From Psilocybe cubensis (Eukaryota), in contig CM039008.1 of assembly GCA_017499595.2 (NCBI GenBank), positions 1,240,001 through 1,304,000 of the forward strand: DNA of 64,000 bases. Reading direction: 5' to 3'. Both the position numbers and the translations under genes were made by a program. Shown here piece by piece: positions 49,056 to 60,533 of the stretch. How positions within the stretch are numbered: position 1 is the stretch's first letter; every line of letters starts with the position of its first letter. The notes under the pieces were generated by a model. It had not been told where the DNA came from. It saw only the letters and a program-made list of their open reading frames with translations, and did no database searches.

Positions 49056-50543
49056 ATGTTTACTGCACTGCAGTTGCCTGCTATGATTCTGGCTGCCATG
49101 AAGGCCGAAGCTGCGCAGGACGACGCCTTTGAATCTGAGGCGCAGTTCATGACAGAAGCTGCGCAGGACGACGCCTTTGAATCTGAGGTGCAGAAGTGTA
49201 ATTACACACCCCTTTCCGTCGATCCCACCCCCTCCTGTGTACCAGAACCCCCCAGCCCTCTTCCCTTTGCCACTCCCGCATCAACCCCAGACAGTGAGGG
49301 TAGCTCGTCTTCTAGGAAGCGCAAGAGGCCGTCCGGCAAGCCGTTGAATCGACACATCCGTGCCATGAAACGGGAGGATCGTTACGACAAGCACGGTCAC
49401 ATCCCAGTCCCTCGCAAATTGGAAAAATTGGTTGAAAAGGCCTGCGTTGAAGACGCTGGTATTGACTTGAGGGAATTGCCGTCCACGATGGGCGGATATG
49501 AGGCCAAGAGAGAAGACGAATGGGAGGCTAAGGTATATACATTGGCAGAGGCTAAAGCCCTTGGCCTCCAAGTTTATGAATGGGATGGCCGGTGAGTTGT
49601 TTAATTCTTGTTGGTATTCCAGCTTTAATACATCTGCAGGAGGCCCGTTGCCTTTGTGGCCCCCAACAAGCAAATCTTCATGGTCCTGGCTGGCAGACCG
49701 GATGACCCCCAATACGACTCCGCTACTGAACGTGTGTATGAAGCTCTCTCCGCAAAGGGTGTTAAGTTCACTTCTAAATATCTACATCACCGACGAGGAG
49801 ATTATCCCACTCTTGACATTGGCGTTTCACGTGGGCAGGGACTACCCCAACCTGTTTCTTTAAAATGCCAACCTCACGAAAAGTTTGTGGCCAATCTGCT
49901 GGCCAACCCAGACATTCAACGGATGGCCTCCTATGCTAGCTGTAAGACGCCCTTCTATCTCTTTTTAACCTACTCAAACAATGTACCAGCTGCTTTTGCC
50001 ACTTGGGCCCCTAGAACCTATAACTATTACAAAACGCAGCTCGATAAATTGTTCATGCGCATGCCTGGCCTTCCACGAATATTCACAAAGAGCATCTTTC
50101 CCTCTATGTCTACCAATATCTCTCCCCAAGCCCAGACTGTCCGACACCGAGATCTCAAAAACTGTCCGTTCGGTTGGTGTGCCGTCCAGGCTTTCGGACA
50201 TTTTGATCCCAAGCAAGGTGGCCATCTCATCCTATGGGAACTTGGGCTAGCCATTGAATTTCCTCCTGGATCAACTATCCTTCTACCCTCCGCTACTCTC
50301 AGCCACTCTAATACCAAGATTCTAGACGATGAAGAAAGGGCTTCACTCACATATTACTGCCACGGTGGTCTTTTTCGATGGGTCGAGTACGATTTTCAAA
50401 TCGAAAAAGATCTGAAACACAATAACCCTGCTCTGTTCAACCAGATTTGGAGGGATCGCCCCGCGAGATGGAATTTGGGGCTGTCTTTGTTCAGTACTAT
50501 GGATGAGTTACAGGGTGGACAATTTGAACAATGTGAAGTTTAG
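49056..50543 (+). CDS. TET/JBP-family 2-oxoglutarate/Fe(II) dioxygenase (fungal transposon-associated type), 2 introns, start uncertain
   Basis: WDGR, VLAGRP, HRRGDY...GVSRGQG, FATWAPR, SIFP, HxD in TVRHRDLKN, GWCAVQAFGHFD...GGHLILWEL..IEFPPGSTILLPSA, distal His in SHSN, 2OG-binding R in RASLTYY, GGLFRWV. Confidence 0.88.
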
Positions 50544-50623
50544 TTTGCATATAGATATACATCATATACATTACATTTAGGTACACAATCATGACCAATT
50601 ATGTTATTGTTCTTGAACCAAAC

Positions 50624-53334
50624 TTAAACAAGAGTGGCAGGTACAGAAGAAAGAGGAGAAGAAGTTACAGAAACCCTCTCTAATGGAACCCCTTCCCCAT
50701 TGTCATTGACATTGTCTTCATCGTTTTCGTTGTTGTTGTCGTCGTCTTCGTCATTGTCGTTGTCGTCGTCATTGTCGTCGTCGTCGTCGTCATCTTCTTC
50801 GTCTTCGTCGACACTCATATCGTCTTCATCGCTTTCACCAGTGCCCTCACCCTCTTCCTCGCTCTCGCTCTCATCATCCGCGTCGTTCTCAATGTCCTCT
50901 TTGCGTATTATATGGTAGTCTTCATAGACGGCCTTGTACTTCAAATTGAATGCCCTATCACTGAGGCGCACATCAGGGTGCTCGAAATCAAAGGAATGGT
51001 GAATTAAGGGTAGCGGGAGCAGAGAGAGCTTTATAAAACATAAGTATTTCTGTAAAGGTGGTAAGATGTGGACGGCACCTTAAGAACCGCGCAATCATAT
51101 CGAAGTCGGGGTTGAAGATTATTAAAAAATCCGGAATAAAAGTAATCAAGTGGCATGCCGCGTGGTATAGCTGGAAAGGCGGTAAGAGGCTGCCCTGAAA
51201 TCGGGACAACACGGCGGCGTTCTTTCCAAGAAGAAGGTGATTTTGCTATAGCATATGCCTCTCTCTGCACATCAAGCATCCGAATGAAAGCCTCAGCAGC
51301 TGGCGACCTTTCAGGCCGACGCCTAATAATCCAGACTTTCTGCACAGGATCATACTCGTCATCTGAAGTGGCTTTTGGATTAATGAGGTCACGGTAGCGC
51401 TTGCGATAGCCATTCTGGACCAGAAAGTCAAGGCGTGCTTTTGCCAACTGATGTGAATGAGAAAAATGAGGGAACCAGGACAGGAACCAGGACTTAGGCA
51501 GACCACTCACCCTAATGCGATTATTGTACAGCGGAGTATTTTCGAGATTCTGAAGGACGCTTCCAGGATTCCGGAGCTCCTTCTGATAGCGTTCTTGCAT
51601 CACATGGAATACAAAATGATCAAACATCTTGATAAGAAGGCCTTCATCGGTTGCATAGGCAAGATTGGGGCCCAGGTGAATATATGTGTGAGAGACCAGA
51701 GCCTGGCGAAAAGTGTTCAAAGCAATGATGCGGCATGCAGAATTATAAAGGGAATAGGGTGTTTGTCGAAGGTCAGGGCACCAGCGAACTAGCCCAACCC
51801 TAGACAAACAGGCCTGCATGTAACTAAGCATATGTTCTTCAACCAAGCGGGCCTGTCTTGCGGTACGCCCTTTAGAGGCAGACATTGCAAGGCCAATCTG
51901 AACCAAGTGTGTTGGAACAAGGCGTGGAGCCGACTCCTGAGTTATAGCTCCCATTAGCTGCGCTTCAGTAGAGAACCGGCTGTAGAATGAATTCAGGAGC
52001 TCCGGAGCAGGGGGGGCGGGGGTTTGTTTTGCGTTTTCCAATCCCCAAAGAATCCTAATGTGCAAATTCATCGCGTCCTAAACAAGCAAACAGATAAGAA
52101 CACATTTAAGTTGAAGAAGAAAAACATACCCGTAGGCCACCTTTATCCTTGGGCATTTCATGGGCCATAAAACGGTAAATTTGGGCTGCAGGTTTGACAG
52201 GCTGCTTCTTCTCTTTTACTGTTGGTTTTGCAGGAGGTGGCTTAGGTCTTTCCGTCGCATTGTTCCTGGTAGACCTAGCATTACGCCTGGGTAATTCGCC
52301 CTTAGCCGCTGAGGAAAGGTGTGCCGAGATGTCCTCTTGAGTTCCTTGGCGACTTCTTGTATTGTACATGTGGCCAGTGGCCACAGTTCCGTAAACTGGA
52401 GCAGGAGTAGTAGATGCAAGATTGGAAGCAGGCGGGGGTGCAGGCAGAGGCGCTCCTGCAGGCATTGCGGGTGTTAGATTGGAAGCAGGGGGGGTGCAGG
52501 CAGAGGCGCTCCTGCAGGCATTGCGGGTGTTAGATTGGAAGCAGGGGGAGGTGCAGGCGGAGGCGCTGTTGCAGGCATTGCGGGTGTTGCCACCGAAGTC
52601 ATAGATGCGTCATTGGAAGGGAGAGGCTCAGAGTCAACAGCCCCACGGGCAGCCGTCATTGAGCGTGTATTGTGAGCAGGGGGTCCTGTATTCTGGATAT
52701 CTGGAAGAGTGGATTGGCGAGACTGCTGTTTACGTTTTTTACGTGGTGCGGCCGCGTTTGATCTGCAGCCTTGTCAGCGTTGAATTAATAAAGATAGATA
52801 TAGGTCTAACCTTGTAGCTGCCCGCTCTGCGGCCATCAGTTGGTTCCTCAGGCTTTGAACCTGTCTCTCCATCTCCAAGCGGGTTTGTATCTCTCCATTA
52901 ATCAACAAAGCCTCTCGCTTTTGCAAGGCGGCGGCCTGTGCTTCAAGTTCCTTTCTTGATTCCTTAAGCTTAGCCTCGACCATGCTCTTGACGAGTTCGT
53001 CAAGGTCGTCCGCCTCAAACCCAGTGACTGCAAAAGAGCTTGGATCCATTGGAGCAGGGGCAAAAGAAGCCCTAGGAGAACCAGCTGTTCCATTGGCACT
53101 GGTATCTAGAGCAGAACTGTCTCCAATGTTGTTGCCTGCCAGGTCACCAGGGAAGTCTGTGTAGCCACCTGCAGCGGCGGGAAAGTCATAGATGTGGCCA
53201 CCTGCAGCAGCAGGGAAGTTGTCGCCGTTGTCGGCAGTGGCAGTAGCAGTGGCAGGGAAGTTGTCGCCGCCGTTATCGCGGTCATAGCCGCCATTGGCGG
53301 CAGCAAGGTTATCGTCATGGTTCTGTGCTGACAT
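50624..53334 (-). CDS. Transposon-associated hypothetical protein (probable second ORF of the CACTA-like element) with coiled coil, Pro-rich repeats, conserved core and acidic tail; one apparent frameshift
   Basis: Core LHIRILWGL...FYSRFS...LSRVGLVRWCPDL...SLYNSACRIIALNTFRQAL...TSDDE...RS..AEAFIRMLD...P.GMPLDYF...FFN; poly-Asp C-terminus. The link to Tnp2 elements is from recollection, not a search. Confidence 0.6.
52420..52590. repeat. 57-bp coding tandem repeat x3 (TPAMPA.AP.PAPPPASNL)
   Basis: Three consecutive units; the middle unit is 1 nt short in a G-run. Confidence 0.85.
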
Positions 53335-54202
53335 TTAGTGGTTTGTAGTTTTTCCCTGGCATTCTACACCTAATTATAAATGCAGTTGTGAACGCGACTT
53401 CCACATCTAGATGCAGGGTACCAAATCTAGAATGCAGGGTATATCGGAGCGGCACGATAGTATGGCCCATGGCCCCTCACCAACACCGAGCTGGAAATGA
53501 GCCCTAGAATGATGAGCAATTTGTTTGAATGTGTGCGCTAAGCCCAGAGTCCCCAGAGTCCCACGTCCGAAGTAGATAAAGAGTATGAGTAGCACGTTGT
53601 AAGTCATGGATTCAGTCATGGATTCTCAGGCTGCACGCATCAAAACGTATGATTTGGATAACGATGGCGTCCTTATCACCTTACTTTCCCCAGAGGACTT
53701 TGTTACCCAGACTCTCGATGGAAAAGTATGTTGTCCTCATCTTCAACTTAATTGTCAAAACCTCTAATCGTACTCTAGATTTATGTGAGGATTGCCTATG
53801 ACAAATTCGCAGAGATGATGAAAGAAAAACAAGACTTCATTGAACTGAGAGCTTCGACACTAAAAATTTATGGTTCACTTTTTAAAACTGAACCTGAAAT
53901 CTAAACCAAAATATGAACTCGTGATTTTTTCCTGGAGTACACATTTTACCCCGAAGTTTAGATTTCTCCCAGGGTTCACATTTATGAAATTCTGCGAGTT
54001 CAGATTAAATTTTGGAGTACAGTTTTCAACCTAGAGCCACAGTGGGGCACGTGTCCGTCACTAATCACAATGCCACAGTGGGGCACACCTCACCTCGCTT
54101 TGAGCTCACCGTTGATCACGATGTGCCATGCAATGGCACAGGGCCCCGTCGCAGTTCTTTTTAAGTAGCACATCTGCATAAGTTGTGTTATCTCTTGCCT
54201 TC

Positions 54203-56190
54203 ATGTTGTCGCTCTCTTCTCTTGTTGACTGTCTGCACCGTGATATACTGGACAGCTGCTCTCTTACCGACATAGACCGGTTCATTCGCATATGTTGTAG
54301 TCTTTTCTCAGAAATCAAACTATGTGTTAAAGACGTCAATCAAGCACCCCATGTCCTCCCGGCATATATCCAAAGTTTGCTGGTTGAGGTTCTCCAGCTC
54401 GACAGCCTTCTTGTATCCTATCTATGGAACTCGCTCAAAGATGTTATCTGGAAAGCTTCACTTGGAAATGATCAATCTGATCACACATCCTTAACTGATA
54501 AGGAAAAGGCTTCAATAGATCATGCTGGAAGCAAGCCCACAACTCATAAAAATGAGTGCATTGGTACGTAATGTTGCTACCCTTACTGTAACCTGGATCT
54601 CATTTTTCTGGTGCAAATCTAGGCTCTGTCATGTTCTATCCTCCTATGAGCCATTGCACGGCTTGTAAAGAAAGCCTTTCATCTATTTCCCGCATATCTA
54701 TTACGTTCTTTTCTTCAAAGAATGGTATACGTGCAACGAAGGGTTACTCAACTTCGCTCAAATGTAAAAAGTGCCGAATCCGGTATTACCCAACGTATTA
54801 TGTCGTTGATGGACTACGCCACTTCTATGCCGACATTCAATCAGAATTTATTCATCTTGAAGAGCACACCTTCATTGAATCAGAATTGTGCGAGTTATTC
54901 ACAAGCTTTATGCTTTTTGGATGGGTTTCCTCGCTAAACTGTGCCAACATTATCAATACTGCACTTGATCGAATCCAGCCAACAGGCAGTACAGCATCTC
55001 CGAGTCGCCCTTCAGATCTTACTCTATCCTCAGAACAAATCTTTCGTGCTTTCACCTTAAATGGCTTACTTCGATATTTCAATGATCGAAAAATACCCCT
55101 AGTATTACCAGATAGTGGAGATCACGACGAGCGCCTAAAGGTGGCAATGGAAATGAGAAACGAGATAATCATGGCCAATGGCTTTGACGAGAAGATGCAC
55201 GCATGCAGCAAATGTGAGCGCTTTATTGAGGGAAAGGGTTACAACAATCTACGGGCACTTCGTGCATGTGTTATGGATGGGATAACTTTGGGCCGGCCGT
55301 GCTGCAAAGTTCACAATTGTAAGGAGCCTTTAATCAACAACCGAGCACACTTTTGTGAGACTCATAAGTCTCTCAAATCTGTTTGTGTTGTTGCAAACTG
55401 TAACAAAAAAGCTGAAGACGGTTACCAAACATGTTCACTGGCTACTCATAGAGAGCTAGAAAATCATCGCAAAGAACAAGGAAAAGCTTTTTTTCAACTT
55501 CGTAAACGATTGAACGAATTCAATAGTTCCCAACTACCAAATTCAATGCCCCCGATAGATTCTGCAACAGAAATTCCAGAGGAACGCTATGATGTTGATC
55601 ATGACTATAGCAAGAAATCAGACAAAGGGAATGTGGTCCCCAAGGCTCGCTTTGCACGTCGTCGAACTCATAACGAGCAGCTACTTGTTAGCTGCTGTGG
55701 AATTATCAATGCCAGAGCAACCATGTTTGGTGCTGAATCAGTGTCTGGTGCTGATGACTTCCTCAAGTCAGTGTTTCCAAATCCTTTGGATTGCGCAAAT
55801 GTGCTTTTCTATGACAGCAATTGCCAACTTCAGAGATACCTTATTGCCCGTAAAGACAACTACTTCCAACATGTCATCATGCCCGTTGACGTGTTTCACT
55901 TCAAGTCAAAACATAAAGTCACTGATGAATTCTGTCAGAAACATTGCAACCCTGCCAAATGGAATGAACTAGTGGGCGAAGATGGGAAATGGATTTTTAA
56001 TTCTTCAGCAGCTGAACAAGTAAATGCATGGTTAGGAGGATACCTTGCAATTGTGCGAGATATGCTTGCTCATAACTATGATTTTTTCCTGGATGAAATG
56101 ATTATGCGAAGAAATAAATTAGTTCTTGGGCGGTTGTTAGAGTCTGGGCACGTACCATATATTGTACCATCGTATGATGAATACCCATAG
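54203..56190 (+). CDS. KDZ-class transposase with CxC5 and CxC6 cysteine clusters (2 exons), apparently intact
   Basis: CxC5 CTAC...CKKCRIRYYPTYYV...H.F.E..LC; VMDGITLGRPCC..HNC...FC..H...C....C..........C...H (CxC6 inserted in the core); RRRTHNEQL, YDSNC, VDVFHF..KH, CQKHCNP, FNSSAAEQVNAWL. Confidence 0.88.
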
Positions 56191-57194
56191 TGTAATGTCG
56201 GTATATCAAGATTCCATTTATGATATTGCAGATTCCATGGAGTCGTCCACCAAGCCTTGTAGATATTTGATTTGGATTAAAATGACATATTGTGTTGCGT
56301 CACAGCTCACGAATTTTTGTTGCCCATGATGAGCATGTAGTCGTCAAACCAGTAGTGTCTGGGCCTGCAAAAATGCTTATTACCATCCACTTGAAATCGC
56401 AACTGTAACTAGTCTGTGTACGCTATTTTGGGGATACTTAATGTCCTAGTAGCCAGTCAGCAAAGAACGCATGATGTGTCCGCCGTCTCGCAGCTGAAGA
56501 GCGAGTATAAGGTATACAGGTGCATTGCTGAGGCGCCGAGGAAGGGTAAAGTCGGATTTGAGTTTGTCATGGAGTTGGCTGCCACGATGACGATCCGCGG
56601 GAAACACTGTCTGTTGTTGGTAAGTGCGATCGATGTTCGATATCTGATGGTCAAGACAGAATGACTTACCAACTTAACTTTGTTTCACGATCGCCGAGAT
56701 TGTACGTTTGTTCGGAATCTCCTCCTTTTCCCGTCATCCGCTCCTTATTATACTCACCATACATCCAACCCATAGGCATCTGAGCTCTCCAAGTAATCCA
56801 CCAGCACCAGGTTATTGGACGTGTCTGTGGGTGCACGCTTAGTGTAAGGCAAAGTGAGGATATTGTCACAGGTCACAGTGTGGAACAGAGTTTGTTTGTT
56901 TATTTGAGTAGATGGCGACCGGTACATGATTCGCCGCTGAGAATATGGTTTTCCAGGCTTATGCTGAGGCCTATCGTTTCGGCGCTGAAAGACCAGCACA
57001 CAACAGTCCAGATGTACTATTCTGGCTCCGCATTCACAAAGATCTTGGGGGCATATTACTTGTGACGGTACCTTGGCCAATATCGAGTCTATGTGGGACA
57101 ACTTCAGTATCTCACCCGGTGACGACCAGTTGATTGCGCCTGTACGTACACATGCGGTTTGCGTCTTATTCTTGACACGGACAGCTTACTTGGC

Positions 57195-57720
57195 TGTGGT
57201 TAACAGCGCAACTGCACAAATACGAAGATTCAGCCCCGGATTTGTTGGAGTTTGAGCGTCTGAAGGAACACTTTGAGCCTTTCTTGAAATCTCCAAGGCC
57301 AGTGTCCTAGGGACAGGTGGCGGAGAGGCAGATGGATGGGTTAATAGTTGGGTAACGCCTTTGCAAACTAGGTAAGTAGCCCTTTTTGTACTTTATATTT
57401 TGCTCTTATACGGTCACAGCGAGCTCAAGCCTCTACGAATACCCTTGCATTCTCAACGGTCTAAACGATGCCCAGCTTGCACGCACATATTGATCAAGCC
57501 AGAGCAGAAAGCCCAGTCTGTGCTGTATAAAATCAAGCTCGTAGCCGCTAACTACCTGCCAGCAATCACGGTGTCATTACCTCCTGCACAGCGCCTCACA
57601 GCAGAGGCAGCGAAGAAATCCCTTGGAAGATCTGTATCGACTGCTGTAGAAAACAGCAACGCCGGAGCTATGCATGCAGGAAGAACATATCCATTCCACC
57701 TGGCATTAAGTAACTCCCTT
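57195..57720 (+). pseudogene. Captured, internally deleted fragment of a dynactin p62 (DCTN4) gene
   Basis: EDSAPDLLEFERLKEHFEPFLK, then LKPLRIPLHSQRSKRCPACTHILIKPEQKAQS...KIKLVAANYLP; lacks start and end. Confidence 0.75.
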
Positions 57721-58313
57721 TGCACCAATCCGACCGACGTCATTTCATAGCACGCATGCTCATGTCCCTCCAGCCATCGAGACACATCAGACAAATTCAA
57801 CCTCGGCGCCTGCGCCGGCACCTCCTACTACGATCCCTCTTTCTCATCGGACTTGAACCTTGTCGAGAGGTTCTTCAAAGTCGATCATCGCAAGCTTACC
57901 TTCTGCTCAAGGCAAGGATGTATTTTGTGGAGGAGAGGAAAGTAAATTAGGGCTGTTGTCGTGTGAGTGGGAGGTCAAACCTAGGATGTGGCCTTCACCT
58001 GGAACGTACATACCCCCCTGTATGCACACAAATATCCAACTGCAAGAAATCAATAACGGTTGTTGCGAAGGCAGCGGAGAAGGAAGAGCAGCTCACAATC
58101 CCGGGGGTGTTGCTCGACTTTGCATTCCCGGACATAGACAACATGGTGCGCCTTGTGCGCAGTGGGCGGCGAACTGAAAGGCTGAGCGGGCAAGGCACCG
58201 TCGTGCGTACAGCACACGTCAGATAAAAAGTTAGGTTATACAATTTATCAAGGCAACTATACAACAAACACTACTAATACTATGTTTACAGTTAATTTTC
58301 TTTGGATTCCGTG

Positions 58314-60533
58314 TCAATCCGAGATGTCAAGTACGATTACTTCTGGCTCTTTCTTTATTTTCAAACCTGGGGTGTCGTCTTTCCCAATTACTTTTCCTCT
58401 ACTGATTTTTTCCTTGCCCTTTCCTTTTGTCACTCTCTCAGTCTCGGTAGCAGAACCGGTACGTCGTGATGATATAAGTTCTCGTCGACTCGGTAATTTC
58501 CCTCCATATTCTGCTAAAACATCTTTCCGAAAAGCTTTCCATAGACCCTCAGGCGTTGTTTTTGCGTGAATATATGCATCTTTTAACTCCTCATCGGCTG
58601 CCAACCAGAGATTTTGCGCAGCAAAAAAAGTGGCCTTGCTAGAAGGAAAAGGAATACCTTTGAAGGCAGCAGTAAACCGTGAAGGTAAGTCTCCCATTCC
58701 CTCCATGGTTTCCATTTTATTGAATCCTTCTGCCATTGCACAGACATACTTAAATGGCCAGGGAGCATGGCGGGAGCTCGGAGCTGTTGCTGCTATCTCG
58801 ACTTCAGAATCAGAGTTGGAGTCGGTTCCAGGATCCGAGCTTTGATATTTACGCTTGTGATTACGATTAGGCAACACCGCCACTTTCTTACGGGCTTGAC
58901 TTTTTGACTTTGTTTGTGGCACAAGGGTTTTTCTTATCTCAGACGGAGAAGGTAAGTCGCTAGAATCAGAATCCGAAAGTGCGTGGTCACTTTCTGATTT
59001 GACAGGACTACGAAGGTGTCCAATATGCCTGCTCGGTGTCTCCTGTGATGTCCCAGCAATAGGATGCTGTTTCAGTTTCAACCTAGTTGGTGTCTCCTGG
59101 ATTTGTGACGTCCCAGCAATGGGGGTTTTTGAAGAAGACGGAGTCATCCTGGGTTTTTTTGTGCAAGGTTCAGTAGCAAGCTCGATATGGCGTTTCCGTG
59201 GCTGCACCCAATTAACGAGTAGGTTGGTTTCTTCCTCCATCCCTTCTGCCATATCAGACACATTTTCTAACGCTCGGTATAGCAATCTAGGGACTTTTGA
59301 TACATCTTGAGCGGTTTCAAGCATGTGAATTTGCCAGGTATTGTTGACAGGATCAAAAGCCTCAATAAGTTTGTCTGACTCGTCGTCATAAAGGCCCAAT
59401 ATTTTGAGTATTCCAGCGGAACAACCAGCCAAGGTAAAAACAGGATAAGATGAACATGGAATTCGAAAGGTAGTGTGCTTTCCATCATTTTTCCAGTAGA
59501 AAATAGTGACCGATGATTTCATTGTTTCTTCGATAGCCTTTTGCTGTACAAGACGGTTTGTACCAATTTGGTACTTTTCTCTGGCCTGTTGCGATCTTTC
59601 ATAGTGTATCTGACGCAATGGTAGATTTCCGTTATATGAATTTCCTGATCCATTAGTGAGCCGTACACCCGATGCGGTTGAAATGCCTGTAAGTTTACTT
59701 CCAGAAAAAACCTCTGATTCCGATTGGTCTGTTGACTGGGTTCCAGAAACTGAATGAGAAGCTTGAGCACATGGTTTGGCGCCATCCTTCTGGAACTGCA
59801 TGCAACATTTTTTGCAAAAAAGATACGTGCAAGTGGAACAATTTCGAACAGAATCCAGTCCCTTTGCCACATTATTGAAACAAATAGGACCGTTGCAGGC
59901 GATAATGGCTTTTCCAGCTTTGACAATTCGGCGAGTATGTTCATGAGGCCAAATAGCATCTGTAGACTTCAGCTCTGGACTAACAGTTGATTGAGACTTC
60001 GAAGGAGTTACAGGTCCCGTTGCAGCAATTGTTTGAGTAAGCAGCACATCGTCGTCTATATTGTCCGGTTGATCATTCACATCAACGTCACCAGAGTCCA
60101 AGTTAGGCAGATTGTTATAGTTTTCAAGCGCTGAAACAAGAAGCTCTGCCGCTCTAGCTTTCTCGAGTTCTTCGGCGGCATCTGCTGCTCGAGCTACGGC
60201 AGCAACACCTGCTGCTGTAGATGGTGATACGGAAATTTGAGACCTAGAGCAAGAAGGTGTGTTTGGACTGTTGCCTAGTTTATTGAACGGTAATACTTTA
60301 TGTGGGGTTCTGGGCACTTGCAATAGTGCTTGTTGGAATGTTGTTGGTGTGGGAAATGGTAAAACCTCTCCAATACCACGTTCTCGCACCCATCCAACAA
60401 AGTGAGAGGTAGGTGGTGGAGCGGTACATGCTTCGTACCAAAGTCCTTTGTGCTCGGGTACTTTAGTTCCACGACACAGTCGAATGTTGACACTGTAATC
60501 ACATCCAGGATGCGGGCAGGGTCTTTGAGACAT
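58314..60533 (-). CDS. Intronless ~739-aa accessory protein of the KDZ-class element (N-terminal zinc-finger-like motif, central Cys cluster, C-terminal helical domain)
   Basis: Uninterrupted ORF: CPHPGC...LCRG...HKGLWYEAC......HFVGW; CNGPIC...CSTCTYLFCKKCC...C...H; WPFKYVCAMAEGF...F...F...TF......W...GLW. Confidence 0.75.
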   Translation of the reverse strand: MSQRPCPHPGCDYSVNIRLCRGTKVPEHKGLWYEACTAPPPTSHFVGWVRERGIGEVLPFPTPTTFQQALLQVPRTPHKVLPFNKLGNSPNTPSCSRSQISVSPSTAAGVAAVARAADAAEELEKARAAELLVSALENYNNLPNLDSGDVDVNDQPDNIDDDVLLTQTIAATGPVTPSKSQSTVSPELKSTDAIWPHEHTRRIVKAGKAIIACNGPICFNNVAKGLDSVRNCSTCTYLFCKKCCMQFQKDGAKPCAQASHSVSGTQSTDQSESEVFSGSKLTGISTASGVRLTNGSGNSYNGNLPLRQIHYERSQQAREKYQIGTNRLVQQKAIEETMKSSVTIFYWKNDGKHTTFRIPCSSYPVFTLAGCSAGILKILGLYDDESDKLIEAFDPVNNTWQIHMLETAQDVSKVPRLLYRALENVSDMAEGMEEETNLLVNWVQPRKRHIELATEPCTKKPRMTPSSSKTPIAGTSQIQETPTRLKLKQHPIAGTSQETPSRHIGHLRSPVKSESDHALSDSDSSDLPSPSEIRKTLVPQTKSKSQARKKVAVLPNRNHKRKYQSSDPGTDSNSDSEVEIAATAPSSRHAPWPFKYVCAMAEGFNKMETMEGMGDLPSRFTAAFKGIPFPSSKATFFAAQNLWLAADEELKDAYIHAKTTPEGLWKAFRKDVLAEYGGKLPSRRELISSRRTGSATETERVTKGKGKEKISRGKVIGKDDTPGLKIKKEPEVIVLDISD

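Noticed and set aside
50700-50890. GTC/TCG trinucleotide microsatellite
   Set aside because: Explained as the poly-Asp/Glu tail of the minus-strand ORF.
53858-53862. CACTA pentamer as the terminus of the Tnp2/CACTA-like element
   Set aside because: It pairs with the inverted repeat ending at 60889 and encloses the KDZ transposase, so it belongs to that element.
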